Positions 39,313 through 52,861 are shown, counted from the first letter of the whole stretch. The stretch: 63,150 nucleotides of DNA, filler included, from Reticulomyxa filosa (GCA_000512085.1; 22 parts of 22 records of this genome joined end to end with filler, not necessarily neighbours in it), one strand, 5' to 3'. The notes: generated by a model from the sequence alone, not told the origin. A program made the numbers and translations.

Positions 39313-41950
39313 TAATCTTATTATATTTTGGTTTATATTTAGTCTATTTCAATTATATAAAATATTCACGTATTTGACTACAATATGTAAAATAATTAAT
39401 GCAAATTGCTTCAATAACATATTTATAATAATCCAGTTCGTATATAGTAACAATTGTTCAATAGTTTTTCAACATATTGTCAAGATCAATATGTAATTTC
39501 TTCAAATTGTGTTAATATTTTTCATGCTATTAAAAAATTTTACTTTTTCATTATCTTCATTTTTTTGATGATGTAGCATGTCATTCTTTACAATTTGGCG
39601 TCACATTAACTTTCATTTTGCTTCTTACTTTTTGGTGTATATTACAAAAAGTTATAAGTTTTATTCAATTGATATTGACAAATTTTGATATCTGGTGTTA
39701 TGTTGTTGCATTTGTTGTTTGCCTTTATATACAACATCTGATTGATTTGTATACATAAAATGACATCATTCACATTGTCTTGATATTATAACTACACTTA
39801 TCTTCTTTTGTTCGGTAATTCAAGGGACTCACTGTTGGATTTGTCAATACTTTTCTTGTTTTTATATTTAATTGTTCGCTTTCGTTACTAGTGTGTAACT
39901 CATTGATGTAATCTTTGCAATCTTATAGTCTTGTTGATCATATTCTCCTTTTTGTAGTGATAAGATTACAAGTCTTCAATTGCAATTAAATTGACTCATT
40001 GTCATGTATAAATCATCTTCAAATTATATCCAATCTGCATCTGCTCACTATCTTTTAAAAATTCTGATTTATTCGATACTCCAGCTTCTTGTCTAAAATC
40101 TTTCCACAATTGACTCCAGTTCTGTTTATCAAATACATTACTTTTGTCTTTGTCGGCTTCAGTTTCTACTTTGCTTTTGATGTAGTCCATCTGTCCTTTG
40201 ATAATTCGCGTCGTTACAGACAACAAAATGGATGCAAATTGAAGGAAGAGTACAAAATAGCTTCGCTCGGTCTCTTCAATCTTTTTTTTGATATCTTCAT
40301 TGATTATTGCCAGTACATTGTCAATCGCGATTTCAGCATTAAGTCCTTCTGCAATCCGGCTAACAATTGGATTGCGCTATGTTCTGACGCACTTGACGCA
40401 TTCTCCAATCCAATGTGTTGATCTGAATTTTTTATTATTTGTAAGTATATGCTATTTAATATATATGCACATATATATTTGACAAAAATTTTAATTTATT
40501 TTTGAGTAATTGATACATAACATCAAATGCAAGAAGTAATGTTTAAATGGCCTGTTCCCACTACAAAAATCAATGGTTCCAATGTGTCTTCTACTTGCAC
40601 CCACTGCCTATTGTTTTGTTAATGCTTCAACTTGTGCGTCCGTCTTTTCATCCTTCATTTCATTCGCTTTGACTGCTTATACTTTAACATCGCTTGCTAC
40701 ATTTTTGTCTTCTTGGAGTTGCTTCAATTTCGTCAATTGGAATTAGAACACTTTATCTCGACGAAACATCATCAAAGTGTCAAACAAGATTATATCCAAC
40801 AATAACGTCTGAATTTTGTACAATCTGGGAAATGTGTTCTTTATCTTTGTCTTTTTTAATCAGGATTGATGGGGTCAGTCTTTGTTTTGTTTTTTTTTTT
40901 TTTTTCTGCTTTTGTTTTCCAAAAGCTTTTTTTGGACCTCTTATTGAATGGCCTGATTATTTGTTAGATGGTCATATGTTCATACTTGGAAAAGTCTTTG
41001 TTTTGATGTCACTACTAGTTTTCAAAACAATTCCAAAGGCTTCCAAATGCATTAATGACATTATGTTGTTTGTATTTGTCGCGGAATGCTGTAAATGGAC
41101 TATTGTTCGTTTGCGTCTTGTCATTTCTGAGTCCACCTCTGACTGTAAAACTTCATGTTGCATCACGCCTCACTCCGCGAATGCAATCGTGTGAAAAGCG
41201 CAATTCGCAATTTATTTCATTATCTTTGATCTTTTCTTTTATCAAATCGTTCATTCCATTTCCATACATTCGCTTTCATCCAATTTCGACAACGATATCT
41301 TGGTCTTGTTTTTATCCGTTGCATTCTTGTCTTTTCCTTCCGTCAATTCGCCGTTGTCAATACCATTTGCTCCGATCACCACACTTACCACATTCCATCG
41401 GTGATACGCTTCAGTATCAATACATTCGCAATCTATGTACCTTTGTCTGTGACAACAATTTGTTATCACAATCCGACAAAACAAAAACTTGGTTTGTTCG
41501 TGAGGGTCCTGTCGGATACTATACTCACAACATTCTTTGATTAACTTTCTTTATTTGGGTTATTTCATTATTCAGCACCGTTCATTTCTTCTTTCCACTT
41601 TTCTTCTTTTTTTCAAAAAAAAAATTCATTTTTTTTAAACTTGAACTAGGTCCTCCCAAAGCTCAAAAAGAACTTTGTGGTTCTTGTGACCCGTTGCATG
41701 TTGCTCCATTCGCATATTTGATCGTCCATTTCCAGATGTTGAATGTAACTTGCCTCCCTAGAGCTGTCTCATCCTGCCAACTTTTTGCAGTTATCGTTGT
41801 TGTTCTTTTGTCCATCCATTATGTTATCGCTGGTTCCACACGAATAACCCGTCGGCACATGGATTCAAGTAGTACGTAAATGTGCTTCTGCGTACCATGA
41901 TGACATTGTCACCGATGACAACGATAATTTGTAGTCACCGCTCATATAAG
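39313..41950 (-). pseudogene. Intronless, heavily decayed coding-like repeat region (possible retroelement ORF relic)
   Basis: Strand skew and broken Lys/Glu-rich frames (e.g. 40002-40226) like contig 3. No diagnostic motif recognised. Confidence 0.3.
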
Positions 41951-43183
41951 TGCAACTTTGGGTTAATACTCCTTTAACTAGTTACACAAAAGCCAATAAA
42001 ATATTGAATTGCAAGCAACATCTTTAAGATGGTGAGTTTTTGTTTTTATTATAAGACTTTTTTTTTTCAATTAGAACACAGAAAAGAGAAAAAGAATGTT
42101 GTAAATAGTTTTTTCAAAATGGGTTTTAATAGAAATAAATTTAAAAAATTATATAATTTTTAATGTGAAACGGGTATAAGCTAGCTTTGATTAGAAAAAA
42201 GAAAAAAATGGAACATATGACTTTTTTGCATCAATTATAATTTAAAATGAAGATTTAAGTAAGCTGTTTTTGTTTGGAACATCGTACAATTAGGCATGTT
42301 GTTTCGAAAATTCCAATTATATATGCATATAACAAAGAATGGAATTGGTGGAGTCTGCTATCGAGACTTACTTGTTTGTAGTTTGCAACGAATTCAAAGA
42401 ATACCAAATCGGAAACAGACAAAGACAAATGTAATGGACTCTTGATTGAATAATCACATTGAAGCATATATCAATGACGAAAATGATGACAGAAATGAAA
42501 AAGAGGAAGATAAATGGCATGTGATGCCAAAGACGACTGATGAGAGATACCACTTGCACTTTTTGCAGTCATTGCAAAGCAAAGTGGCGAATAAGCAGTT
42601 GCATTCGAACTACCGAGTATCTCGCAAAGAACTGGACGACATGTTGCAAGATGAGCGTTGAGAGGTACTCTACAACATATTTTGTCCTGTTTTCTTTACC
42701 TTTTTTCCATATATTTTTTGTCAAATATCAACATTAACATAAACATACATTTAAATTCAAATTCAAATTTTAATGGATATTATCATTCATCTAGTAGTAA
42801 AGTTACAAGTGCTATTCAACAATGATCATTTGTGAATGTTTTTGTACTTGTATCTTGCAATACTGTCGAATGTACATTACCAAGTACTTGTACGAAAAGG
42901 CTAAGTGCTATCATGCTTATCCATATTCCAACGCTGGTGTCACCAAAGGGCCATCACTCCACAAGACCTGATCAAGTGGCATGCATCCCTTACTGCGGTT
43001 TCATCTCTCCTATCTGGATGCAGTGTCAACGCTTCATCGTCATTGTCTTTAACAAGTTTGTTTAAAAGTTTGTTCACATACCCNNNNNNNNNNNNNNNNN
43101 NNNNNNNNNNNNNNNNNNNNNNNNNNNTTAATTAATTAANNNNNNNNNNNNNNNNNNNNNNNNNNNNNNNNNNNNNNNNNNNN

Positions 43184-44115
43184 ACAACAACAACAACAAA
43201 GATAATAACAAAGACAATGACGACGATAAAAAAGAACCCGTTCTCCTCACGTCACCACAAGTTGTCACCGAGTTGGAATGTGATGTCATCGACTTGGGAG
43301 ACAAATTAGCCAATCAAGACAAACATGAACTCCGTCATACTTGGAACGATTTCTATCGCAAACAGTATCCTAAAAAAAATAATAATAGTTACATATACAT
43401 AATATATATATATATATATGTATATGTATATATATATTGTTTGCTTAAAATATGACAGATGCAACAGTTCAAGATTGGATCCCTTTTTATGATTTGAAAC
43501 ACTTATTGTATTACGTCGTGCAAAGTTACATGGACGAAAAGCTGCAATCGCAAACGGTGAGACATATCATCATCGACGACAAAGAAATAGACGTTTGGAA
43601 TCGCGAAGACATTGACCAGGTCGTTCGCCAAATACTAAAGATTGTGGAGCAAGAGGGGACGCAGCCCTCATCCAAGTCCACTAAAAAGCATGAGCTTGTG
43701 CATTCCGCAACCTCGCTGCGGGATCATGACGGAGATAGTGAGCGTGACAGTCAAAGCGAAAGTCACTCCAAAAGCAAAAGTGGAAGTGAGATGAACACGG
43801 ATGATAATGATAGCAGCGATGATAGTGGACACAAAGACAATGCTCATAAAAAGCACACAACACGTCGCAAGAAGAAAGAGAAGAGACAAGAATCGATGGA
43901 AATGACGGATCAATCAGACATGGACGGAGTGGTGCCGTATACGTACAAGCAATTCAAGCAGCTCGGCAAGATACTGGTGGAACAAAGCGAGATGGACCAT
44001 GAAGACAATGATGAATTTGAAGACTTTCATATTGACTATCACGACTTGAGTCGTTTCATTTTTGAAAAGCAAAATGATGTCATTGAAAGTATTAGCAAAT
44101 ACATTGATTTGGCTG
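43184..44115 (+). CDS. Internal fragment of an uncharacterised acidic protein
   Basis: Open coding-like exons (43184-~43364, ~43459-44115) bounded by (TA)n introns. No domain recognised. Confidence 0.6.
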
Positions 44116-44377
44116 GTTTGTTTTTTTATTAAAACTATCTCTCTATCTATTGTAATTCAAATAAATGTATATACATATATATATATNNNNNNNNNNNNNN
44201 NNNNNNNNNNNNNNNNNNNNNNNNNNNNNNTTAATTAATTAANNNNNNNNNNNNNNNNNNNNNNNNNNNNNNNNNNNNNNNNNNNNAAAAAAAAAAAAAA
44301 AAAAAAAAAATATAAAAAAAAAAAAAAAAAGGGGGGGAGGGGGGAGGGGACGGAAAAAAAAAAATTCAATTTACAAA

Positions 44378-45285
44378 CCTCCCCACCGTCTTTGTCCAAC
44401 AAGTCCACAGAAAACACTTTGCCTTCAGAATTATCCTTTTTGTAAAAGCGAATAGGGTCCTTCGCTGTGCATCTCACTTTAATTCGCCAATTGCTTTGAT
44501 ATGGATTCAGTGATGACACTGGCTGATAGTAGTCCACATTCCTTGGCGAGCTGCTACTAAACAAATGTCATTCCAACATTTCCTTTGCTTTGATTGATAA
44601 TTTGAAGGAAACAAACAAAAATAAATAAATAAATAAGTAAATAACGTGTAAGATCTGTGTTGTTGACTGTTGGCATTTGGTGCAACTCTTTGAGGACTTT
44701 TGAATTGATTCGAGGAAGGAGATGGCTTCTAAATTTTTGTTTGTTATTTGATTTTTTTTTTTTTTTCTCCATGCCGCAACCAATCAAAAAATGCATTGAA
44801 GAACAGAACGGGAACAAGCACTTTGTTGGAACAGAAAAGAAAACATGGACAAAAGAAGAAAAAAATTAACCTCTGAAACGGTGACAGATTCAATCAAACT
44901 AGGGTTCCCGATTTGTTCTTGGCGGTTTCCCAGTACTTCACATCGGATCACGATACAGATTCTGTTGGTTGCCATTACACGTACACATTTGCAAATACGA
45001 AAACATGAAACAATTTTTTTTTTTTTTTAAAATTAAACTTTTTGCCGTTGACAACGTTGCATACATATTCCGTCACTTTTATCACGGCCCATTTGTCCAA
45101 TTGTTTGTTTGTTGCCAAATGTGAGATTTGGGTGGCCAGCATCCCTTGCATGTAGTTAACCCCGTCAGATAAGATCAATCTGTTCCAATTCAACCGTCTC
45201 TCCTTTTTTCACATTTTTTTGTTTTTTGTTTTCCTAATTTTTGTTGTCGCACCTGTATCTGTCAACTGAATTCGTAGTCGAGATC
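44378..45285 (-). CDS. RPA1: Replication protein A 70-kDa subunit, N-terminal OB fold and start of DBD-A (internal fragment)
   Basis: LILSDGVNYMQGMLATQ...KQLDKWAVIKVTEYVCNVVNG..RICIV, IGNP, and PVSSLNPYQSNWRIKVRCTAK..IRFY....EGKVFSVDLLDKDGGE are characteristic RPA70 motifs. Confidence 0.95.
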
Positions 45286-45386
45286 CNNNNNNNNNNNNNN
45301 NNNNNNNNNNNNNNNNNNNNNNNNNNNNNNTTAATTAATTAANNNNNNNNNNNNNNNNNNNNNNNNNNNNNNNNNNNNNNNNNNNN

Positions 45387-45890
45387 TTTTTAATTGCTTA
45401 TTATGTTTGAAATCCCAAAAACGAATAGTTGTGTCTTTTGATGAAGAACAAATGACATTTTGACGATGATTATGATAATGATATGATGAAAATTTCACAC
45501 AATTTACAGAATCTGAATGTCCATTGAATGATTGAATTTGTTTGTTGTTATCAATGTCCCATACACGAACTGTGTTATCATCTGATCCAGAACAGATGAA
45601 TTGACAATCATCAAAAGTTGAACAATCAATACTATACACACTACTTGTATGTCCGGTGAATGTATTGATTAATTTGGCTGATGAACGAAATGTGTCAAAC
45701 ATGAAGATAGTAGATATCTATGTTAAATAAATAAATATTTTGATTAATCAAATGAAAAATGAACAAATGAACTAACGTAATTAACAACAAGTTTATCAAA
45801 ATCTTTGATCCAGCCCAGTTTAATGTTTAATGTTCGAATCCAATGATAAATAATGATTTGGATCTCTTCTTCTGACTGTGTCAACTACAG
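45387..45890 (-). CDS. WD40-repeat protein of an expanded family (3' truncated)
   Basis: Upstream exon EEEIQIIIYHWIRTLNIKLGWIKDFDKLVVNY, then MFDTFRSSAKLINTFTGH...ICSGSDDNTVRVWD..FNGHSDSVNCVKFS..SSSKDTTIRFWD. Confidence 0.9.
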
Positions 45891-46329
45891 ACTACAACGA
45901 TAAGTAAAATAAAGAGTAAAAACTTAAAGACAAGTTAGGCTCAACTTTGATTGATAAGTTTAAGTTCATTCTTGTAACTTTTTTAGTTTCTCTTGAGATA
46001 ATGTTTGATGATGCAAGATGAAAAAAATGCTTGAACTTTTGTTGATAAAAGGAAAGACTTACACAAAAAACATTTTGAAATGGAAGATAAATGTTACATT
46101 TTGTGCACCACAATAACCAGAACAACAATTTTACAATGCAAAAATCTTCATAGAAGGGCAATATAATTTTACTTATTCCGTGAATTTTTATTAGCAGAAA
46201 CGCTTTTCTTTGATCAATCAATTGTTCAAAAACAGAATAAATTGTAAGATAAAATTCATATTTATGATTATTCATTTAATATTTTCAATTCGATTTTTAT
46301 ATTTGATTGAAAATAGTGTTAGATATTAC

Positions 46330-46965
46330 ACATTTGTCTTCCTTGTGATCAAAGTAATTGATTGAATCCATTGGATATTCCAAATATTTGAGACTTAGAA
46401 ACAGAAATAATTCAACGCAAAATAAAAAACAACGAAAGTCTTAAATGAATCATTTGGACTTGATAACCTTTTCCAACAATGAAAAATGAGCAATTTTATG
46501 TCCTTGAGCACTGATCAAATGGTATATCTTTGTTTATATTTGTTCTTCTCGTTGTTGTTTGATGAGAAATTGAATTATTTTCTTGAAGTTCATGCTTTGA
46601 TCAGAAATGCTTGCGCATCTTGTTTTATCATTTGTGGAGTTGACTGCGTTCAAATTCATAATTTAATTCTTTTTGAAATAATTGTTTACATCTCCTTTTT
46701 TTCACATTGAAGAGCAGACCATTTTGTGTTATCAATATATTCACTAATTACAATCGTCATTACTAATGCATTTTTAATTGTTTGAAAGTTTTTCCATTCC
46801 AAACAATAATTTTGACAAAGAAATTCTTCAAATATCAGTTTTTCCATTTTTATCGATGTTTTTCTTTTATCCACTTTCACATATGTCGTCAACTATTTTG
46901 TATTTTGTTATTGTAATTCAGATGAAAAAAATAAAAGTAAAATAATACACAATTTATTAACTTTT
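46330..46965 (-). pseudogene. Caspase-like pseudogene with internal deletions
   Basis: IKMEKLIFEEFLCQNYCLEWK/TIKNALVMTIVISEYIDNTKW, PQMIKQDAQAFL and KVIKSK match the ORF at 61972-62946. Its intron (46893-~46960) is near-identical to 62947-63016. The catalytic HG and DxCRG segments are deleted. Confidence 0.8.
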
Positions 46966-47512
46966 TTTTTGTGTGAAGAAAATCTGTTACAAATATGGTT
47001 TTGATTTTTATTTTGTCTAAAGGAAATACTTATGAATATCTATGTTATTTTTTTATTTTTTCAAATTAATTGACAATAGTTTACACTTGTGTTTTGTATC
47101 AATTATAATCGACATAATCTCTTTGATTATTGAATGTTGTAAATAATATTTGCAAGATAAAGATGATTTAATCTTGTATTTAATAACTCAAACAATAAAA
47201 TAATTTGAAATCATTTCAAATTAATAGTTGTTATTTGGAAAACTTATTCAAATAAAGATATTTTTAATTACTGTCATTATAATAATACAACTACAGTAGA
47301 TTGCAAAAAACTGCCACACCTAAATGGCACTATATGAAGAGAATCGATTTTCTCCATGAAAAATAAAGATTTAANNNNNNNNNNNNNNNNNNNNNNNNNN
47401 NNNNNNNNNNNNNNNNNNTTAATTAATTAANNNNNNNNNNNNNNNNNNNNNNNNNNNNNNNNNNNNNNNNNNNNAAAAAAAAAATAGAAAGAAAATATTC
47501 GACGAAGACATA

Positions 47513-47721
47513 ACTATTTCCCATTTGCTTTTGCACTGCTTCGTGTGCTAGCGCAAAAAAATGCTTTAAAAAGCATGACTGATAGAGCGCAAGAATTAAA
47601 GTTGAAGAAACTTGAAGAAAAAAAGAAGAAAAAAGAAGAAGAAAAAAAGAATGAGAAGAAAGATGAAAAGACAGAGAAAAATAGACCCGATGAAGATGTT
47701 ACAATGACATCCAAAGACTAA
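47513..47721 (+). CDS. Last exon of an unidentified gene (Lys/Glu-rich tail)
   Basis: LFPFAFALLRVLAQKNALKSMTDRAQELKLKKLEEKKKKKEEEKK...MTSKD* after an intron-like poly-A stretch. No clear AG acceptor identified. Confidence 0.4.
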
Positions 47722-48020
47722 TTTAATGGCATATCCCTTTGTTTGAAGAAGAAAATTACTGAAAACATTCCAAACCAATATTTTGCCATTTTTCGGTGGG
47801 GTTTTCCCTTTAATCAAGACTACAAGTCACCAATGTTGGAAATGCCTTTTCATTTCTTTTTAACCCTTTCCCTTGTCAAATTTTTGAACTGAACACATGA
47901 TTTGCGAAATGACACCTTTTTTTTCCTCTTTCGTTTCGTGAAAAGTGAAAAAAATTGCAATAACTCTCACTAAATGCCGCAAAAGATTTAAGATTTAAAG
48001 AAAAATTTAAAAAAAGCAAA

Positions 48021-48142
48021 ATGATGGTGTCCAGGACCTGACGTTCCTAGTCGCAACCTTGGACGCTGCTAGTCTCCTATCTAGGACTTAGGCGTCAAAC
48101 ACCAGTTATTATTTTGGCCTGTCATTTAGTCTGTAGAGGCCC
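48021..48142 (+). ncRNA. Candidate structured small RNA with an Sm-like site (unassigned)
   Basis: GC-richer island in AT-rich intergenic DNA. Nested pairings tggtgt/acacca, tgacg/cgtca and tcctag/ctagga, then ATTTTGG, a ggcct..aggcc hairpin and a T-run. Strand uncertain. Confidence 0.3.
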
Positions 48143-48315
48143 TTTTCTTTTTTTAAAAGTTCCAAATTTTCAAAGAGAGCTTTTTTTGTGGTCTTTTTAA
48201 AAACTGTTTCGTGTTGTACTCAAGAAGTTTGCCTAATGCTAAACAATGAAAAGCATCATGCTGAAAAAGATACTAGCATTTCATCTTTATTGTGTGCAAT
48301 CTGCAATCGAATAAT

Positions 48316-51300
48316 TTAGATTATAATTTTATCAAAGTCGCTGATGATTGCGATTGGTATGTTGTTTGACATCGTAACTAAATATTTTTTATTTTTTGTC
48401 TTTTAATGCACGCCACAATTCACCTACGTGTTTTACCAGCAGTTTGATTCTGTTTCTTTCGTTGAATAAGTTAGAATCTCTTTCATCGAAGGCCATTGTC
48501 CTCATCCAATTGCACAGCATTTCATTTCTGTTCGGTGTGAGTTTGGATTTATTCGTTGATTTTTAGAATAAACAAAAAAAGATTTAAAAAGAATTTAAAA
48601 AAGTGATGAACTAAACGGTTGAATTTTGTCGACATGACGGACTAATAACACAATTACTTGGCCAAGTATTTGAGCTGTATTTTGTCTTTCTTGTGGATCA
48701 CTAAATAATGACCGAATGATTTCCCATTCATCAGAATTGTATGCATGATTTTTGATTTCGGGATAGAACCGCTCAAGAGATTCCAAATAACTGTCAATGG
48801 TCATTTCATCAGAGCATTGAAACAATGGAATACTTATGTTGATTAAATGTCGATCTAAAATAGCCTTGTCATAGACTTCATTTTCAATTGATTGCAAATC
48901 GACTTGTTGATCAATATCTTGTTCATATTCTGATGTAGGATAATACCAAGAGCGAATGATTTTGTCCAACATGGCTTTGTCCATACAAACAATATCCTGA
49001 TTGGAGATATCAAACAGAGATTTGGAAATAACCATAGTAGTATCATTATTTTCTGTTTTCTTTTCTTCATCTTCGATTGATCTTCCGCGATGGGAATGAA
49101 CACTTTGCAGAAAGTTGTTGTTGATATCTTGCAACATTTCAATAATTGCTACAATAAATCTTCCTGGTTTGTCTATTCGTGAGGTACAATAATTTAGAGG
49201 CACATGTTTAGGATCTTGAGATAAGATCGGAATGTCAACAGTAGTCGATTCAATGTTTAGTCTTTGACCATTGAATCTATTCCATCCTTTGACAAATTGA
49301 TTCCAAAATTTTTTGAATTTTATATTGCTGAGACCAGTGATAACATTGCTTACATTTTTTTCTTTATGCTGCTCCTGTGTCAATTTTCCAGAAAATTGCA
49401 CATGACAATATTTCATCCATTGGCCAATACCAGGTAAGCATTTGACATATTCAAGATCGTCAATTGATTTCAACATATTAAACAGCGATGGATACGCTCT
49501 CGCCAATTCTGGTTTGCTGTAAAATTTGCATAACAAATCAGTGGATGATATAAGACGAATCTCTAAAAACATTTGAGAAATAGGACGATTGGATGAAATA
49601 AGTTCCTCTTTGATTTCGTCATCGGTTATATTTGAAGTGATTTGTGCCTTTTGTGAAAAATGTGATGCTTTGTAATGTTTGAAAAATTGGGAATACTGTT
49701 CTTCAATTTTGCTTTCAAATTGATTCATACTTTGCAAATCCACTTTAATTAATTCATTGGGATATGTTTTATTGAGCCATTGAGGAAAATCACACAGCCA
49801 CTCATGCAAAGCCATACAAAGTTGTTCCTCTTCCATCTCCGTCATTTTGGACAGTAATAGGAATTTCTGTTTTGCCTCCTTCCACAGACAAATTTCATTT
49901 TTCCGTAGTTTATCTACATCTCTCAGCAGCAATATCAAACGACCCAACAATTGTAACAATGTACAAATCAATGGAGACACCGTTGTGATCTGCTTTGCAT
50001 CTTCTTTTTTCTCGCTATTGATTTATATGCACATACAATTGTTTTTTTTTTTTTGCAGTTTCAAAACAAACAAGCAAAAAAGACTTCTCTTTATTCACAT
50101 ACTCAATGGCAGCTTGTGTGTCTGGTATCGTCTCCGTTTTGCCAATCCGTGCATTGCACCAAAGATCCGGACATTTAATCTCCTTGCAATAACTCTGAGA
50201 TTTCTTTACCAAAAAGGGATGTCCATTTGAGCAATAACGAATTACAAATTCTGTATCTTGTGCTTTGTTTTCGGGTTGCTCACCTGGTTTACGCTCGTTT
50301 TCAAATTTTTTGAAGTCAGTTAATAATACATTGAATGGATTATCTGCAACAATCAATTCAAGTATAGTGAATTTTCATTTTCCACAACAATAAACAAGCA
50401 AACAAAACAGTAAAGAACTTTTCGTAATTTGCAGGGTACCCAACCAATGAAAACAAAGACGGGCAATGGTCTCATCAGTCGCATCTCTAAAATTTGACGA
50501 ATGAAACATTGTTGTTTGTGAATTTGTTGACAACAATTTATTTATAAATGCCTGTTCCACTATCGAACTTATGAAATTCAGATTTTGTAAAAATTTGGCA
50601 ATTTCTATTTTTATGCAAATGATGTGAACACAGGTTTATTACCTCTTGGATTATCCATCACATAACTATATCTATATATACATATATATATATGTTTGTG
50701 TTAATACGTAACCTGACAATATTTTGTGCTGGGAGACTGAGATTGATATGGAAAGTGCAGCGGTTAATAAGGGAGGAAGATCTTGTTTGTCCTCTTTGTA
50801 ACAATTGTAATCACCTGATGTCAATTTCTCTTCGAAATAATTGTACCTTTTTCGAAATGTTTCATTAAATGGCTGTGCAAACTGGTCCTTGCTACGTTGC
50901 CATTGCAATTCAGAGAAGACATTGCTCAGTTCCTTGTAATTAAAGATTGGATATTGCTTTCGAATAAACCGTTGTGTGAAAAAGTGTTTTGTCCAATTGA
51001 CACCCTTCAACATATAACATTCTCTTAAAAACCATTGATGTAAATGTCGTTCATATTCATTCCAAGAATTATCAAATTTGGTTTGTTTGATTTTGAAATA
51101 TGATAAGTCTTTGCAAATGTTATCGAATATTGCCTTTAGTTCATCCCTTTTTGACATCTCTTCAATCACTGTTGCCTTTTCAAAGAATACATAGATGTGC
51201 TTCGTCAATCGAGCTCTTAATTTTGAAACCACTGCGATTTTCTGACTTGCATTATAACTGTCTTGATCAAGTATATTTCTTTTGAAGTTAGTATCCACAA

Positions 51301-52520
51301 ATAATTTTTCATAAACACGAATCACATCAATGAGAACTTCGGGAGATTTTAAAATATGTAGCCATTGATTTCGTGCCAATATTTCCAAAGATAGAAACTT
51401 GAGTAAATATTTCCACAAAGATAATTCAACAAACTTTTGTGGTTCATCAAGCAGTGCTTGGATGATACCTTGGAATGTCTTTTGGTTATCGGACTCTTCC
51501 ATGCGTTCAATACTTTCAACAGCATGTAATAAATCACGAATGAAATATATCTTAGAATGAGGAAGAATGATATATTTGGTCGCAGACTTGATTATCTTAG
51601 GAATGACATTGGCATCTTTTAAAAATCCTTCTTTTACGTCAAAATCATTGCCATCATTGTCATTGTCATTTTCTGTGGTCGAGCTTACAATACGTTTGAC
51701 AAAATGTTTGATAACGAAAGTCTTCATATGAAGCTGTCGACATACCGACAAAAAATCTTGATAGACTTGGACTTCAGTATATTGCTGGTGACGCAGGAAC
51801 TTGAGAATGATTCTTGCTGCATGACATGCAATGACCATTTTGGGAGCAAAGTCGTCCAACTCACTTTCTGGAGGGCTCATGTGTTAGGAAATATTCGCAC
51901 GTGATGGAAGTGACCTTGGTAAATTTTTCCAAAGATATTGTCAACTCACAATTCGACAATATATCCTTAATGTCCGATATCACTATAGCTGCATCTTTGC
52001 AGAGAGACAACAATTGCACATATTCGGTAATGATATGCTCGAAATAATAGAGTACTGTTTCAATTCTTGGAATATTCACAGGAACGTCCTTACCAATAAT
52101 TATTCGGACTATACACAATACAATATCTTTGAGGACTTCAAATATTTGATCGCTGTCTTGCATTGAAAATAAGCATGAAATCTTCCACGAATTACATCCT
52201 TTACATAATATTCACAAGTTTCAATACTGCAATGATTCAACAGTAGGAATATGTTGTCATCATCCCCATCCAAATTACTTTTCAAGGTGTCACAAGTTCT
52301 GCACCTTAGCATGGATATCAACTGGCTCTATATCCATAGTATCATCTTTGAATCTCTTCACAATGTTTTGAAGTTTATCAAGACACCTCATGTGAAAATT
52401 CCAGCTGAATGGAAAACATGCTCGATAGCATACTTTCACTTTCCAAACATGTAATTCTTGATTAGTTATATCACCTTTATCGAACAATGGGACCAATACT
52501 TCACTTTTGGCACTTGCTAT
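48316..52520 (-). CDS. RNF213 (mysterin)-like giant E3 ligase, C-terminal region with an RZ-type finger; several frameshifts; 5' truncated
   Basis: ACFPFSWNFH (RNF213 FPFSW), YCSNGHPF...CPDLWCNARIG (RZ finger), VKCLPGI, FVKGWNRF, Y..SEYEQDIDQQVDLQSIENEV (cf. CQYQVEEGRETVQEFDLEKIQ), in the same order as in RNF213. Frameshifts at ~52295, ~52165 and ~51880. Confidence 0.75.
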
Positions 52521-52763
52521 AAAAATATCTATTAATTGTTGTCTTGAATCGACTTTATTTTTTATTGCCGAAAATATTGCCTTTGTGTATATTTATTCGN
52601 NNNNNNNNNNNNNNNNNNNNNNNNNNNNNNNNNNNNNNNNNNNTTAATTAATTAANNNNNNNNNNNNNNNNNNNNNNNNNNNNNNNNNNNNNNNNNNNNA
52701 AATATATGTGTATATATATTTGATTTTTATTTCCAATTTTTTTTAATTAATAACATAATAATG

Positions 52764-52801
<38 letters not shown>

Positions 52802-52861
52802 ATCATTATCATTATTGTCATTATTATTATTATTATTATTATTATTGTTATTAGATATTAG

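Noticed and set aside
48025-48104. tRNA-Trp(CCA) on the minus strand
   Set aside because: It has acceptor-like ends and an anticodon-like loop, but no TTCRA T-loop and wrong arm spacing.
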